Part shown: piece after piece, positions 26,778 to 38,341 of the stretch
Numbering within the stretch: position 1 is the stretch's first letter
Layout: every line of letters begins with the position of its first letter
Notes under the pieces: model-generated
The model's database searches: none
Seen by the model: only the letters and a program-made list of their open reading frames with translations
Told to the model about the DNA's origin: nothing
DNA from: Lepidodermella squamata
Lineage: Eukaryota; Animalia; Gastrotricha
Length of the DNA stretch: 64,000 nt
NCBI GenBank assembly: GCA_047495785.1
Contig: JBLDXI010000025.1
Span: forward strand, 620,001-684,000
Direction of reading: 5' to 3'
Program-made: the position numbers and the translations under genes

Positions 26778-27362
26778 TCAGTTTAGTGTTGACTCGATTT
26801 TTCTCCATCGCTCTTCGTGCGTGGAGTCACGAGTAACTTTTGTGAAGCCGAGATTGAGATAGGTTTTGATCGCAGGAAATCTATAAATCTGTGTCACCAA
26901 TATCGCCGACGTTTTGTTCGTTTCTCCAGCAAAGTAGTGTAATACTGCTGCTGTCAGTTGAAAGCCAAGTTTCCTGCCAGAATGTTTTGTTGACACAGCT
27001 ACCCAACTAATGAAACCTGCGTGGGGGCGTTCCTCAAGAAAGGCCTGTACCTCCAAATTATTGCTGTACTGCCCGGGATAGTAGCTCGTTCGGCCACAAG
27101 CAAGGCCTACGATTCGGCCATCAAATTTCAACAAAATCTTGCAAGTAATTCCGGGATCGTTAGTAATCTCAGCGACTCGACTCGACGACCAAATGCCCAT
27201 CTCTTCTGAGAAGGCGTCTTGTAACAATTGGGCGGTTTCTGTAATGTCGCTTTGATTCAGAGATGCAGCCCTTTCCAAGGTGTAGCCACTAGGGAGACAC
27301 ACTTCGGGTAGGTTATTTAGATGTTCTCTTGCGAGGAATACGAGGCTTTCAATTGCGCCCAT
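26778..27362 (-). CDS. GNAT-family acetyltransferase (intronless ORF; start may extend upstream)
   Basis: Motif A ISWVAVSTKHSGRKLG and motif B RFPAIKTYLNLGF. Confidence 0.8.
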   Translation of the reverse strand: MGAIESLVFLAREHLNNLPEVCLPSGYTLERAASLNQSDITETAQLLQDAFSEEMGIWSSSRVAEITNDPGITCKILLKFDGRIVGLACGRTSYYPGQYSNNLEVQAFLEERPHAGFISWVAVSTKHSGRKLGFQLTAAVLHYFAGETNKTSAILVTQIYRFPAIKTYLNLGFTKVTRDSTHEERWRKIESTLN

Positions 27363-27964
27363 GAAAAGAAAAAACAGACACTGAATGGGCTCGGCTATAA
27401 GCCGCAAAATATATTTCAGGCTAGATTTCATTCTCAATAGAATCATTCTCCACCAATGAATAGTAAGTGTGTAAAAATAAATTATAAGTGCTACGCGTTT
27501 TTAACAGTGGTCCGAGTAAGGGGGTAAACAAATCCCCCTGGCGTTCGAAAATTTCTGAAAAACGTAAGGGTCCACCCTGTTGAATTGCAAATTTTAACTC
27601 CGAGGATAAAGGGATGAGGCAAAATGGGGCAAAACCTTGGGCTATGCAAATTAAAGTTAACTCCGTGAAATCGACAACCCAGACAGTGCAAAATTGATCT
27701 CAAGGCCATCATCCACGTAAGCTTTTTCCAAAACTTTATTTTCATACCAAACGTGCCAAACTTGTGAGTTTGAGAGAATGCCGGAATCACTTGCCTCTTG
27801 CCACGTCTCAATTGTGGAAATAACCAACCATGTGGGAACAGGAATCCTAAATCGTAAACTTGTGTTGCGGTCTTAAACTAGATTTCAGCCTCGGGCATTT
27901 TCAGATGGCCGAAATCTTGTTCCTGCCCGCAACACCGTTAACGATTCCTTAAAATAGCCTCGGA

Positions 27965-29862
27965 AAATAGCCGATCCGTTCAAGCCTATGCAGGCGAAAA
28001 AGACAAAGTATTTCTTCCAATTGCTGTAGAACATCTCAGGTTTAGCTCGAGATGTCGCAGAGAGAAGAAGGATCTGAACCAAAGTCAGAGAAACAGCTAA
28101 ACAAGCTACAACAGCGATAAAAATCTGCCCGCAATTTCCCATCCTCAATTCGATGATTGACAAATCTTTCGGGGAGAGGCCCGTTTTTGTAGCCCACATA
28201 GGCACGGCAACTAGTTTGAATGAAAACCCCCGTGTTTCGTAGTTAAACGGGAGATGAGCAACTCTTCGAGCTTTCAATTTATAGGCTTGCATTATCGAAA
28301 GGTCTTGATACATTTCGCCGTTGATATCTCGCTTAATCCTGGGATTTCGAAACCCAACCGCTTCAAGCTCAGCCGCACTTTGATTAGCAACACTATATAT
28401 CAGAGCTCTGTACTTAGGGTCTTTGAAATCGGTTGGAGAGAGGTGGCAGCGCGAACATCTGGCAGTCATGAGCTGAGTAACAAAAACCCCAATTTCCCGT
28501 TTCATCGACAAAATCCGCTGAACGAGACATTTCACCGTTAAGCCGTTCGTCGTAATCAGCTGGGCTCATCCCAAGGCTTGAAAAAGCAGGCATCTCAAAA
28601 GAAATTGTTGGAATTCCGATGGCGAACAGCGCTGACAGTTGGATGTCGATGATTTCCCTTGTACAACCATCCGATATGTAGACTTTGCGGCCGAGGTTCC
28701 AAGTCAAGCATGACGGCATCGACGCGATGAAATGATACAGCGGAGGCCTCATTCCATTGTGATACGCTTTACAAAGGAAAATCTGGCACTCGTATGGTCC
28801 GTATGGAAAAATAAGGACCACCCTCACATTTTGCAATGGCTGCAGATCGGCCACTTCCAACTCATCGAACCAATAGGATACAACAATCTCACTAACTTCG
28901 ATGTTGTTTGTCGTTAGCAACTTGAAGGTATCCAAAGCCAGCATAGGAACGTCACGGAGCCACCAGGAGTAGATGATACCGACCCGTTTCCATCTACCAA
29001 CACTTCGAATAGCCTCAAGAAACGCATATTTGTACATACTCACGGATCCTAATGTCGTATATAAGTTGTTGTAGAACTTTGATCTTCGAGATTCGATATA
29101 AGGCCCAGAGCAGCTTTGCGAAATCTGATTGAAAAATCATTGAAAATAACAAAGGTTGGCAAAAATAAATGCTTAACGTATTACCGCGCTTTAAGTGTCA
29201 CATGTCTTGCCCCGTTTATAGTTATGCCACCTTAAATTTGAATGCAAATCACAATATAATCGAAATATTTCGAATAGATCAGAAACATTCAGAATGATTC
29301 CTTTTATAGTGCCAAGACACTTAAAGCGCTGCGATGCTTAAATTACCTTAATGGGATTCAAGAATAAACACTCAAGTTATGAATAGCCGTTATTCCACCC
29401 ATAATTCAAAAATAGATTTCAATTGAAAGAATTTAAGCTGATTTTCCGGAACAGGATAGTTTACGCCTTATCCTAAGGCTATAAATATCGTAGGATAAGC
29501 TAAAAACTCAATACCATAACCATGTTGATACCGCGATACGAACCAGCTGTAGTGTCGCACTCACCATCAGGCCCAGTAGTAACAGGAGCCAAGAAGGTAT
29601 CGTCTGGCAGGTCCAACTCCATAAGCTGTCTGGCTCTTCTGTTGATATCGTCTTCCTCTTCATAGATCAATGGGTAGGGTACTACCTCATAGTTGGCCAG
29701 AATACTCGAAGCATTGTTGACATATTTAGCTAGAGCATAGAGGCTAGCGTTGGTTAGATCAGATCTGCCCGTGACGGCTTGCATCAACAGCTTCGGTTTA
29801 GCTGCAACGCTACATTTTAGAATCAGAGTTGCAAGGAAGAGAAACGTCAAATTCGCTAGCAT
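27965..29862 (-). pseudogene. Class C GPCR paralog D, frameshifted and 3'-truncated
   Basis: Exon 1 is 29862-29515 and exon 2 starts at 29124. A deletion with frameshift near 28445 removes the LALNKT segment. Similarity ends at GLNGSAIF (TM2). Confidence 0.85.
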
Positions 29863-30178
29863 ATTTCTGAGTTAATGAAAAAATATCACTAACACGCCTG
29901 AGAACTGACTGCTAGACAGCGGGTGCTCAGCAGTTAGAACGTGATAAAACCTTGATTTTGCTTCTCAGATTAACTGGGCGAACCTTACTTGCTAATGAGA
30001 AAATTTGTCACTTATTTTTCTTTTAAAAACTGGCGTCACAGTTTGTTTCTTGGAGAGATTGCTATCAAATTTCTAACACAATAATGCCATGATTAACATA
30101 CATGGATAGTGAATAACAGCGGGAACATTTTTAACATGGCTTTGATTGGAAATTACATAATCACGCCCCAAGTTGAGT

Positions 30179-30430
30179 GGGGAGCACTAGCCTAGTGGAT
30201 AAGGAAGCTAGCCTATGTGCATAATGTCGTGGGTTCAACGCCCGACGGTGGTTTAGCAATCCACTGGTGAGACAAAAAAATGCTACTCGAGTAGACAATG
30301 TGAAACCATTGCTCGAGGCACCTTGACGCTAGAGGTACGATAGAGTCTAGCATCGACCATCGGCTAGGTATCATGAGGTGAAGTTATATGCCGACGTTAA
30401 ATGCATATAAGATAATGTAATGTAATGTAT
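30179..30430 (+). mobile_element. tRNA-derived SINE
   Basis: A-box TAGCCTAGTGG, B-box-like GGTTCAACGCC and a (TAATG)n tail. Confidence 0.65.
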
Positions 30431-30500
30431 AGGGAGCGAGTCCACCTCCCATCTCTCCTCCTGGTCCCCTTACAACCGCGTAAGCGAACACGGAGTGAGT

Positions 30501-30577
30501 GTCGGCCATGGTGGCTCAAAGGTTAGAGCCGTGCCTTCTCAGAAAGGCAGCCCGGGTTCGATCCCCGGGTACGACAC
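30501..30577 (+). pseudogene. tRNA-like sequence (SINE head or tRNA pseudogene)
   Basis: D arm GCTC-AAAGGTTA-GAGC, T arm CCGGG-TTCGATC-CCCGG and a TGCCTT/AAGGCA stem. The acceptor stem does not pair in register. Confidence 0.6.
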
Positions 30578-30698
30578 TTTTCGAGCACTCGTGTAGCGCG
30601 TTACATAATGAAATAATGTAACGCCCCAAGTTGAGCTCTTAGATCGAGTAGATCATCCTGGTTGATCAAACAATTTATTTTTCGAATACGAGTTCGTG

Positions 30699-33213
30699 TT
30701 ATGAGCCAATAGCGTCCGAGTCTAATTTTACCACCTGGACAGTAATCGGTAATAATAGCAAGAAGCCCATTAGCGCTGAATAGACGAGCTCGATGAAAGC
30801 TAATACTGCGTTGACCACGCATGGCTTGTACAACGAACTGACCAAAACAAGCGCAATTATACCGGCGGCTAACATCGTTAGCGCATTCACTGCCGCCGCC
30901 CTGATTAGCTTGCAACTCAGAGCGAACTCATTAGGCATGGTGCGGCGTCTGAGATCAAGTGAAAACATATTCGCTAGTAAAATTAGTACAAAATTAAACG
31001 TGAGAATAGCTCCGAGCCAGTAGTTGAGATTGTCGGAGCTACAAAACATTAAATCGAGCTGGAAATAAGTGTCCGCCTTTTCGTCAAAAGCTACAGGAAG
31101 TCTGAAGATCATGAGCCTCATCGGCTCTTTGATAATCCACAAAAACAGGGCTACCACATTTATTGCAAGGACAACAGTGAGAGTTTGCGACATTTGCATT
31201 TCGTTTCGATACCTTTCGCTTTGGAGTGTGGAAACGCGACTTTGGATGAAAATACCTGTTGTTTCATACGATTGCACACGTGGTCCAACTCGGCTCCACT
31301 TTGCGAGATGGTTGATAAAACGAATCGCTCTGTTATTGACGCGATACGTTCGCACCCGTACAAATTTACTGTAGACAAAAAGCTGACTGAAAATCAGGCT
31401 GTGGAACATGCTCAGGCTCAAAGATATCAAAACGGATCTCCATCTGCATTCTATAGCGGGGTAAAAATCGTGGCCAATTATGAGAAATAACGCTGAAGTG
31501 TTAAGGCCTAAGCAGGCGAAAAAGACGAGACACTTCTTCCATTTACTGTAGAAGGTCTCTGGTTTGGTTCGAACTGTTGCTAAGAATAGAATGCTTTGAA
31601 CCAGCGTCAAAGAGATACATAAACAACAGACAAGTGCACTGAGAATGCTGCCGCAGTAGCCGATTCTAAGCTCGATTGCTGACAGATCTCTTGGTGCATG
31701 GCCGGTTTCAGTCGCCCAAGCTGGCCTGTGGTCGAGCTGAAACGAGTACGATAGTTTTTCTGGCTGATACGTGAGATGAGCGACTCGGCGGGCTTGTCGA
31801 TAATGGGCCTGCATTATCGATAGGTCCTGATACATCCCGCCATTCTTGTCCCGTTTAATGTTAGGATTTCGGAAGCCAACCGCCTCAGTTTCAAATGCAC
31901 TTTGATTCGCAACTTCATATATCAATCTCGTATATTTTGGATTTTTGTAGTCAGCCAGTGAAAGATTGTACTTCTCCTGTAAGATAGCTTCAGTTCTGTT
32001 GAGAACTAGTAAAGTGTACATATCCCCATCATGCTCACCAAATCGAAAAGGGCCCGCTGCATCGAGTCCTTGCTCGAGTAGCTTCGCTTGCACCACAGAG
32101 TCGTAGTAAGAAAGACTCATGCCTAGACTAGACTGCTGCGGCATATCAACAGCACTAAGTGGAATCCCGATTGCGAACAGCGCTGATGTTTGAATGTCTA
32201 CAATTCGTCTGGTACACTCATCAGCTAATGTCGAATCGTCCATGAAATTCCAGTCCAAGCAAGCTGGGACCGAGACAATGAAGTGATACAATGGCGGCCT
32301 AAAGCCGCTTCTATAGGCTTTGCATAGGAATATCTGACACTCATAGGCGCCAGCTGGAAACACCAAGATAATCCTGACATTTCGCAACGGCTGTAGATCA
32401 GCATCTTCCAAGTCCCCGAACCAGTATGCCTCGACAGTTTCACTAACATCTATGTTGTTCGAAGTTAGAAGCTTGAAAGTCTCAACAGCTAACATCGGGA
32501 CGTCACGTAACACCCACGAGTAGATCATTCCAACACGGTTCCACCCTCCGACATTTTTAATGGCTTCGAGGAAAGCGTACTTGTATGTTGCGACAGATCC
32601 GAGCGTCGAGTAAAGGTTGTTGAAGAAGATCGCTCGCCGCGATTGGATGAAAGGTCCCGAACAGCTTTGGGAAATCTGGTAACAAAAAAAGCAGAATTGA
32701 TTATTTCGTTCTTTTAAAGTCTTGATTATTTGTCCTTTGGTTCCTAACATTTTTCTCACAAAATTTGAATTGGCTAGGACTTCATCGAAGCCTAAGTATA
32801 ATTAGGGGATAAAATATAATTTGAGCGAGGATAAAATCGAATAAGATGAAAGCATCATTACTTACCATAACCATATGAATTCCTCTGTATGTTCCAGCAG
32901 ATTTGTCACAATCACCATTGGGTCCCGTTAGAACAGGAGCCATGTGAGAGTCAGCCGGCAAATCCAACTCCGAGATCAGTCTCGCGTACCTATTGAAATC
33001 GTCTTCCTCTGGTGCGTAAATTGGATACAAGACGATGTCGAAATTCGCCAGAACTATCCCCGACTTGTTGACATATTCTATTAGAGCTGATTGACTAGGG
33101 TCTGGTAGTGAGCTGCTGCCAGAGACGGCCGGCCACAGAAGTTTTGGCTTCGCTGCATTGCTCGATGGGAGGAAAATTATTGTGAGTATGGAAAAAATGC
33201 GCATCCTCATCAT
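30699..33213 (-). CDS. GABA-B-like class C GPCR, paralog E (exons 33213-32866, 32675-30699)
   Basis: Full-length similarity to paralogs A and B, with the same intron position. Confidence 0.88.
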
Positions 33214-34018
33214 TGCACCTTTCTAGATAATTATCGGTTAATATCTCGCTTTTACGTTTGATCAAGCCGGATAGGCAGGGAAAGGTTGTAAGACTAATCA
33301 ACTGTAATTGTAAGTAACGTGGATAGCATAATCCTCCCACTCAATTGAGCTCGATCTGGAAATCTGAAAGATATCGTTAGTGACACCGAAAAATTAAATT
33401 AGGCTTTATCCTTTATATTAAGGTCGATTTCCCTAACGTTACAGTTTTTGTATATTTCACTGATGTGATGAAAATGAAACGGAAAAATACCTCGTCAGTT
33501 TATTCAACTTTATTTTCTCATTTGACTGGATTTTCTCATTTGATTGGAAATTATTGGTTTGAAAACACAACATGTGGCTACTGAAGAAATCAAATCAAAT
33601 CGAAATCACTGAGAATAACCTAAACGTTGGACGAAAAATAAACGCGTTTCAACAAGAAAGATATTATGTATTTATTTGTAAAGGCTTACGGCAATCATGT
33701 TTATGCAGGAAAGTGTGAAAGTGTATATGGTCGAAATGTTGGAAAATTGTACTTAAGGATAATACATAGCAATTAGAAAAGCTATGCATTTATTTGTTCA
33801 TTAGACATATTTCTATCAATTAAAGGATCATGCCCGCTGAAGCCAAAGGCCGCCTGCGTTTTCCAGACGGCGCCGTTTGGCTCATCTGACGGGTATTAAA
33901 TCTGAATAGTAACTGCAATTTCTGTCATTCAGAAACGTAGCATTCTCTCGATTTGCGTCGTAGCGTGTTCTCATCGAACATTTCCGAGAACTGAACTTCA
34001 CTTCTATACAAATGCCGG

Positions 34019-35630
34019 TCAAGCCGCAGCAGTAAACCATCCATGCGCTTTGTGAATCCTCTTTGATGGCTGCGAAAAAACAGATGAAAAATCTCGACTG
34101 ATAGCTATAGGCATCAGTTCACCTGAATCAAAATACATAAAGCGGCGGTCGTTTCTCTTCGAGGCCGAATAGCTTCTTATTTTTTGAAAACATGAACGAG
34201 AAAACAGCCTATTGATTCTTGAAAATATTTTCATTTGTAGCCTGGATAGAAATTCGGATAACTTCGAATTGGATCAGTTGTCAAATTATGACTGGCCTCT
34301 TGATAAGCGTTGACAATGAAAACCAGCAGGAAATTAGTTAATAAAATCGATATCATGAACGAGTAGAACGAGAAGAATACTGGTCCTAGGGTTCTGAAAT
34401 TCATTCGAAGAGCCCCATAATCGTAAACCCCGAGTTGCATTGCGAAGAGAGTCTCCAGTGCCGTTATGTATGTCGAATAGGCCTTTATTTGAGCTCCGAA
34501 CGCTAACAATCCAAGATTAGCTAAGGCCATAAATACTACAGCAAAGACAAAGATGTGGCTCAGGAGAAATCTGCCGGTGTTCGTGAGGGTTTGTAACATC
34601 AGCATGATATTTCTGTCAAACCGAAGCAAGCGAATGAACCGTAATGTACCCAGAGTAACGATCGCAGCTGCGGAACACGAGACTATGAAGTCGTTGTAAA
34701 CAGCCAAATCCATATTTGTGTAAGTATTCGCTCGTTTTCTCAACCGGCCCGCAACCAGGGTGAACAGATTAGTATCGAATTCCGAACACAGCTGCCCAGA
34801 TTATGCAGCCAAAGAGGTGGACAAAGTCGAAGACGGACCACCAGGATCTCCAGTAGCTACGACCAATCTTACGTGCTCTGTTGCGCATTCACGTGAAAAT
34901 TGGATAATCACAACCAAAAGAGTGAGTAGCTGTAATATTAGAGTGACCATCTCACCCCCAGAGCTGTAGGCCTGAAATTTTAGGACGTAGAAGTAAGCGT
35001 AAATAACACAAGCCCATCGCGGGGAATTCGAGGATGTTCTGAGAAACTGCGAGCAGGCTTCTGGTTGGGTGTATAGATTGAACTCCATGAAAACAGCTCC
35101 CGTCTTTTCGTCCAGCCATTTATTGTCAAACAGCTGTTGTAAGAAGATCCTAGCCTTTTCAAGGTTCTTCGGTAAATCGACCACATTACCACCCCCATCA
35201 TACATCACTAGCTGACCCATAGTTGACGAGCTTCCGGTTTTTAACACTGAAGAAAATGACCAACCAGGATTGAGAATTGTCATGTTGTTGTAAGTTGGAT
35301 TGTAGCCCTCGACCACGTCTTGCCAACTTATGGTATATTTTCGCGTTTCCTGGTCGAACATCGAGTAATCTGGACTGCAGTTAGAAATCATTTGGTAGAA
35401 CTTCCATGGCAAGTCAACTTCCAAGTGATTTTTCTGTGGTTTTTTCGATTATTTGTCGCGTTTTCTATTCAGCTTTCGAGATTCGTCGTTTACTCAGCCT
35501 GAAGAGCTGGATTACATATCAGTAAATTTATTGGCATGACGATGAGAGCTGAGACGATACTAATCTTGATCTTGTCAGTACTGATTTTAACTCGGCCGAG
35601 GCTCAACTGAGTGGTATTGGGACTATCTCC
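34019..35630 (-). pseudogene. PKD1-like/polycystin C-terminal channel region, degenerate
   Basis: YDGGGNVVDL...WLDEKTGAVFMEFNLY (TOP domain), LRFIRLLRFD...LGPVFFSFYSF..LLTNFLLVFIVNAY (channel helices) and ISIVSALIVMPINLLI (PKD1L TM helix). Broken by frameshifts and deletions. Confidence 0.8.
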
Positions 35631-36587
35631 CAGACCGACACGAGCACTGCCGAACACAACCGAACAGCGCTTTTTGAAGAAAAACGACGGCGAACATGGC
35701 CGAACAATTTTTGAATGTCGATCAAAGACTTCGAACAAAGTGGTACAACTGCTGGCGTTTGTTCCATGTTGTTCCTTGATTTTAAACGTAACGAAGCACA
35801 GCAAACAGAAGCGAACCACAGGAAAAAATGTTCGCTGTTGTTCCTGACGGTGAAAATAGCGAAAAATACCAATGAAATGTGGAAAAGTTGTTAAAACGTG
35901 ATTAAGAAGCTTTAATTTCTGATTACGACTCCATTTTGTCCGATATTTCATTCATTTTTCATCTATATCACACAGAAGCAAGCAGCAATCAGCTGTATGT
36001 TTAGAGAAATTTTCCGCATGAGCAATTTCACGATAGAAGCAACTCAGCCCTGCCCTTGTCAGTTTAATTTCTTGATAACGCTAACGACTAGTAAGGATTT
36101 TTAGGGCTTTATAATCATCACGATAGCATCATTCAATTAACTGAGTACTCAGTGAGCCCCGAGAAGCTTGGTGCTGCCATGGATGGGCAAACGAGCACAA
36201 ATAATTTTGCGACATATGGAATCGTTGTTTCAGTTTTTTTCATTACAGTACTTCATTACCTAGTTATGACCTCTAGTGCCTCTAAACAGGGTGCTTTATC
36301 GAAGGAGTACATATGTACTGTAACACTTCAAGTGTCAAAAGGGACCTCATGTATGGGAATTTGACCCATAAATTCTTGGCCTAGAATGTTGGCTGTTTTA
36401 CGCACTACTGACCAGAAATTCAAGACTGCACGGCTCAGTGCGCGAAGTAGGATCCCCGTACTAGGGGTATTTTCAGGCCCAATGCCCAAACTTTATGGCA
36501 AGTTTTTTGAGATGTGTGGCAATGTTCACTTGCTTTACTACGCTGCTGCTTTGCTATCGCGCGCCATCCGAATAACGAAGGGTTAAA

Positions 36588-36820
36588 TCCCGAATAGCTA
36601 TGGTGTACGATAGCTGTACTGAGCAGTACAGCCTGAATTACTGTACTTGGCAGTACGGTCCAATGGCTGTACAGGGTATTACAGGCCTTCCATAGGCTGT
36701 ACACGGCGTAAAGTCCGTATACTGTGCTGGAGAGTACAGCTCGTAATTTTGCTGTACTACTCAGTACTGTACTACACTACTCAGTACAGTGTCCGGGGCT
36801 GTACTCCGCGCAGTACAGTT
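36588..36820. repeat. GTACTG/CAGTAC-rich patch, probably a subterminal region of a DNA transposon
   Basis: Dense short direct and inverted GTAC-centred motifs. Confidence 0.45.
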
Positions 36821-38341
36821 CAAGGCAAAAAATCACCAACGTGCGGGATATTCCGCGCCACGAACGTTATAATTCATCGTGTTATCGTTTTACAGCCTTC
36901 AGCGAGCAAAATTTGCAATTACAAATAATCCGTGTCCGTCTCTTTCAGCGCGTTGCAATGGCAACTGTCTTAACCCTTTCATGGCAGAATTAGTTATCTG
37001 TGGGAGAAAACATATTTGACACCAGTTCTAGGGGTTTTAGAGGGCCCTGCCCACGATTTTGAAATCCGTTTATCTCTATCTATCACCGTTAAGGCTGTAC
37101 AAAAACTGGCCGAAATGGTCATATCCGCGCAGCTGATTTTCAAACACCCTTGTTTCTGTCTTAGATGCTTTGAACATTCGATTTTCAGACTCAAATTGCT
37201 CTCGTGGAAGTCTTTAACGAATCCCCCTACTGACATCATCAAAAGGAACCCGTTAAAACCAGTTTGAAAAATCAGTGTTGAAATCAGTATTCAGCTTTTT
37301 TCACGCGCAGCTGTAGAGCACAATAATCAAGCACTCCGCCTGTAAAAGTCCTGGCGGATAGGACGATTTCGGCAGGTTTGATTACATTTCAATAGCGTCG
37401 TCATTTTCAATTTCCAACTCAAAAAAATTGACACAGAGGTCAATGAGACTATAGCGGACATGGTGGTATTTTTTGTTGGATTAAAAAATGATCAGAAACC
37501 TTTGAAATCGCAAGTTGAAAAAAATCAGTGTCAGGTTGACTATTTTCAAATTGCTACCATGTCCCAACTCTGTCAGTGCCTTCGTTTCACAACCATTTAG
37601 CAAGACCATGATCTAAACTGTTGGCCGATGAAAATGTTTGCATGACATGTTTTGGAATAAATTCCGCTTTGATTAATTATTAATTGACACATGGCGTAGT
37701 TCTAGTTCTAGGTTTGTTGGCTCCCGACCCAGTGCCTTTATCGAGGGAGCACTGTATTTATATGCGGGAATTTGAAATGAATGCATGTTCTTTCAGATCG
37801 ACTCGCCTTGTTAAATGAAATTATTAATTTGCAGTCCAGTGCGCAAAGTACAAGTAGGATCCTCGAATAGGGTGCATTTTGGGGCTCAAGTTTTATGACC
37901 AAAGGGTCCCCCCTGTGGTCTTTTCGGTGTTTTCCACCTTGGCCTACCGAACTGGAGAAGTACGATACCTTCATCCCCCCCGTACTTCGCGCCCTGTTGC
38001 AGTCCTTTAATACCTATTTCCGTTTCCTGTTGAATCCCACAGGCCTCTGATTACAGGACATTTCAACGCTGACAGTAGTATTCGCAATGCTCAAAGACTG
38101 TAAATGAAGATCACCGCTGTTCATAACACTTGTTCCGAAATCTCCCTGCTTTGAAACTGTTCAGCGACTTGCCTTTGGCCTAAAGAATCGTTAATTTTGA
38201 CGATAATAACCTCTTCTAGCCGCTTGCGTACGGCACTTCATGAGTATTAATTTTTGAAAATAAATCTAGAGATTGACTAGTAGAGACCAATAGGCTGAAG
38301 GTTGAAGCGCGAGTTTTATTCAATATCGTTGGCAAGTCCAC

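Noticed and set aside
30501-30577. Functional tRNA gene
   Set aside because: The acceptor stem fails to pair, the anticodon loop is non-standard and the sequence lies inside an insertion
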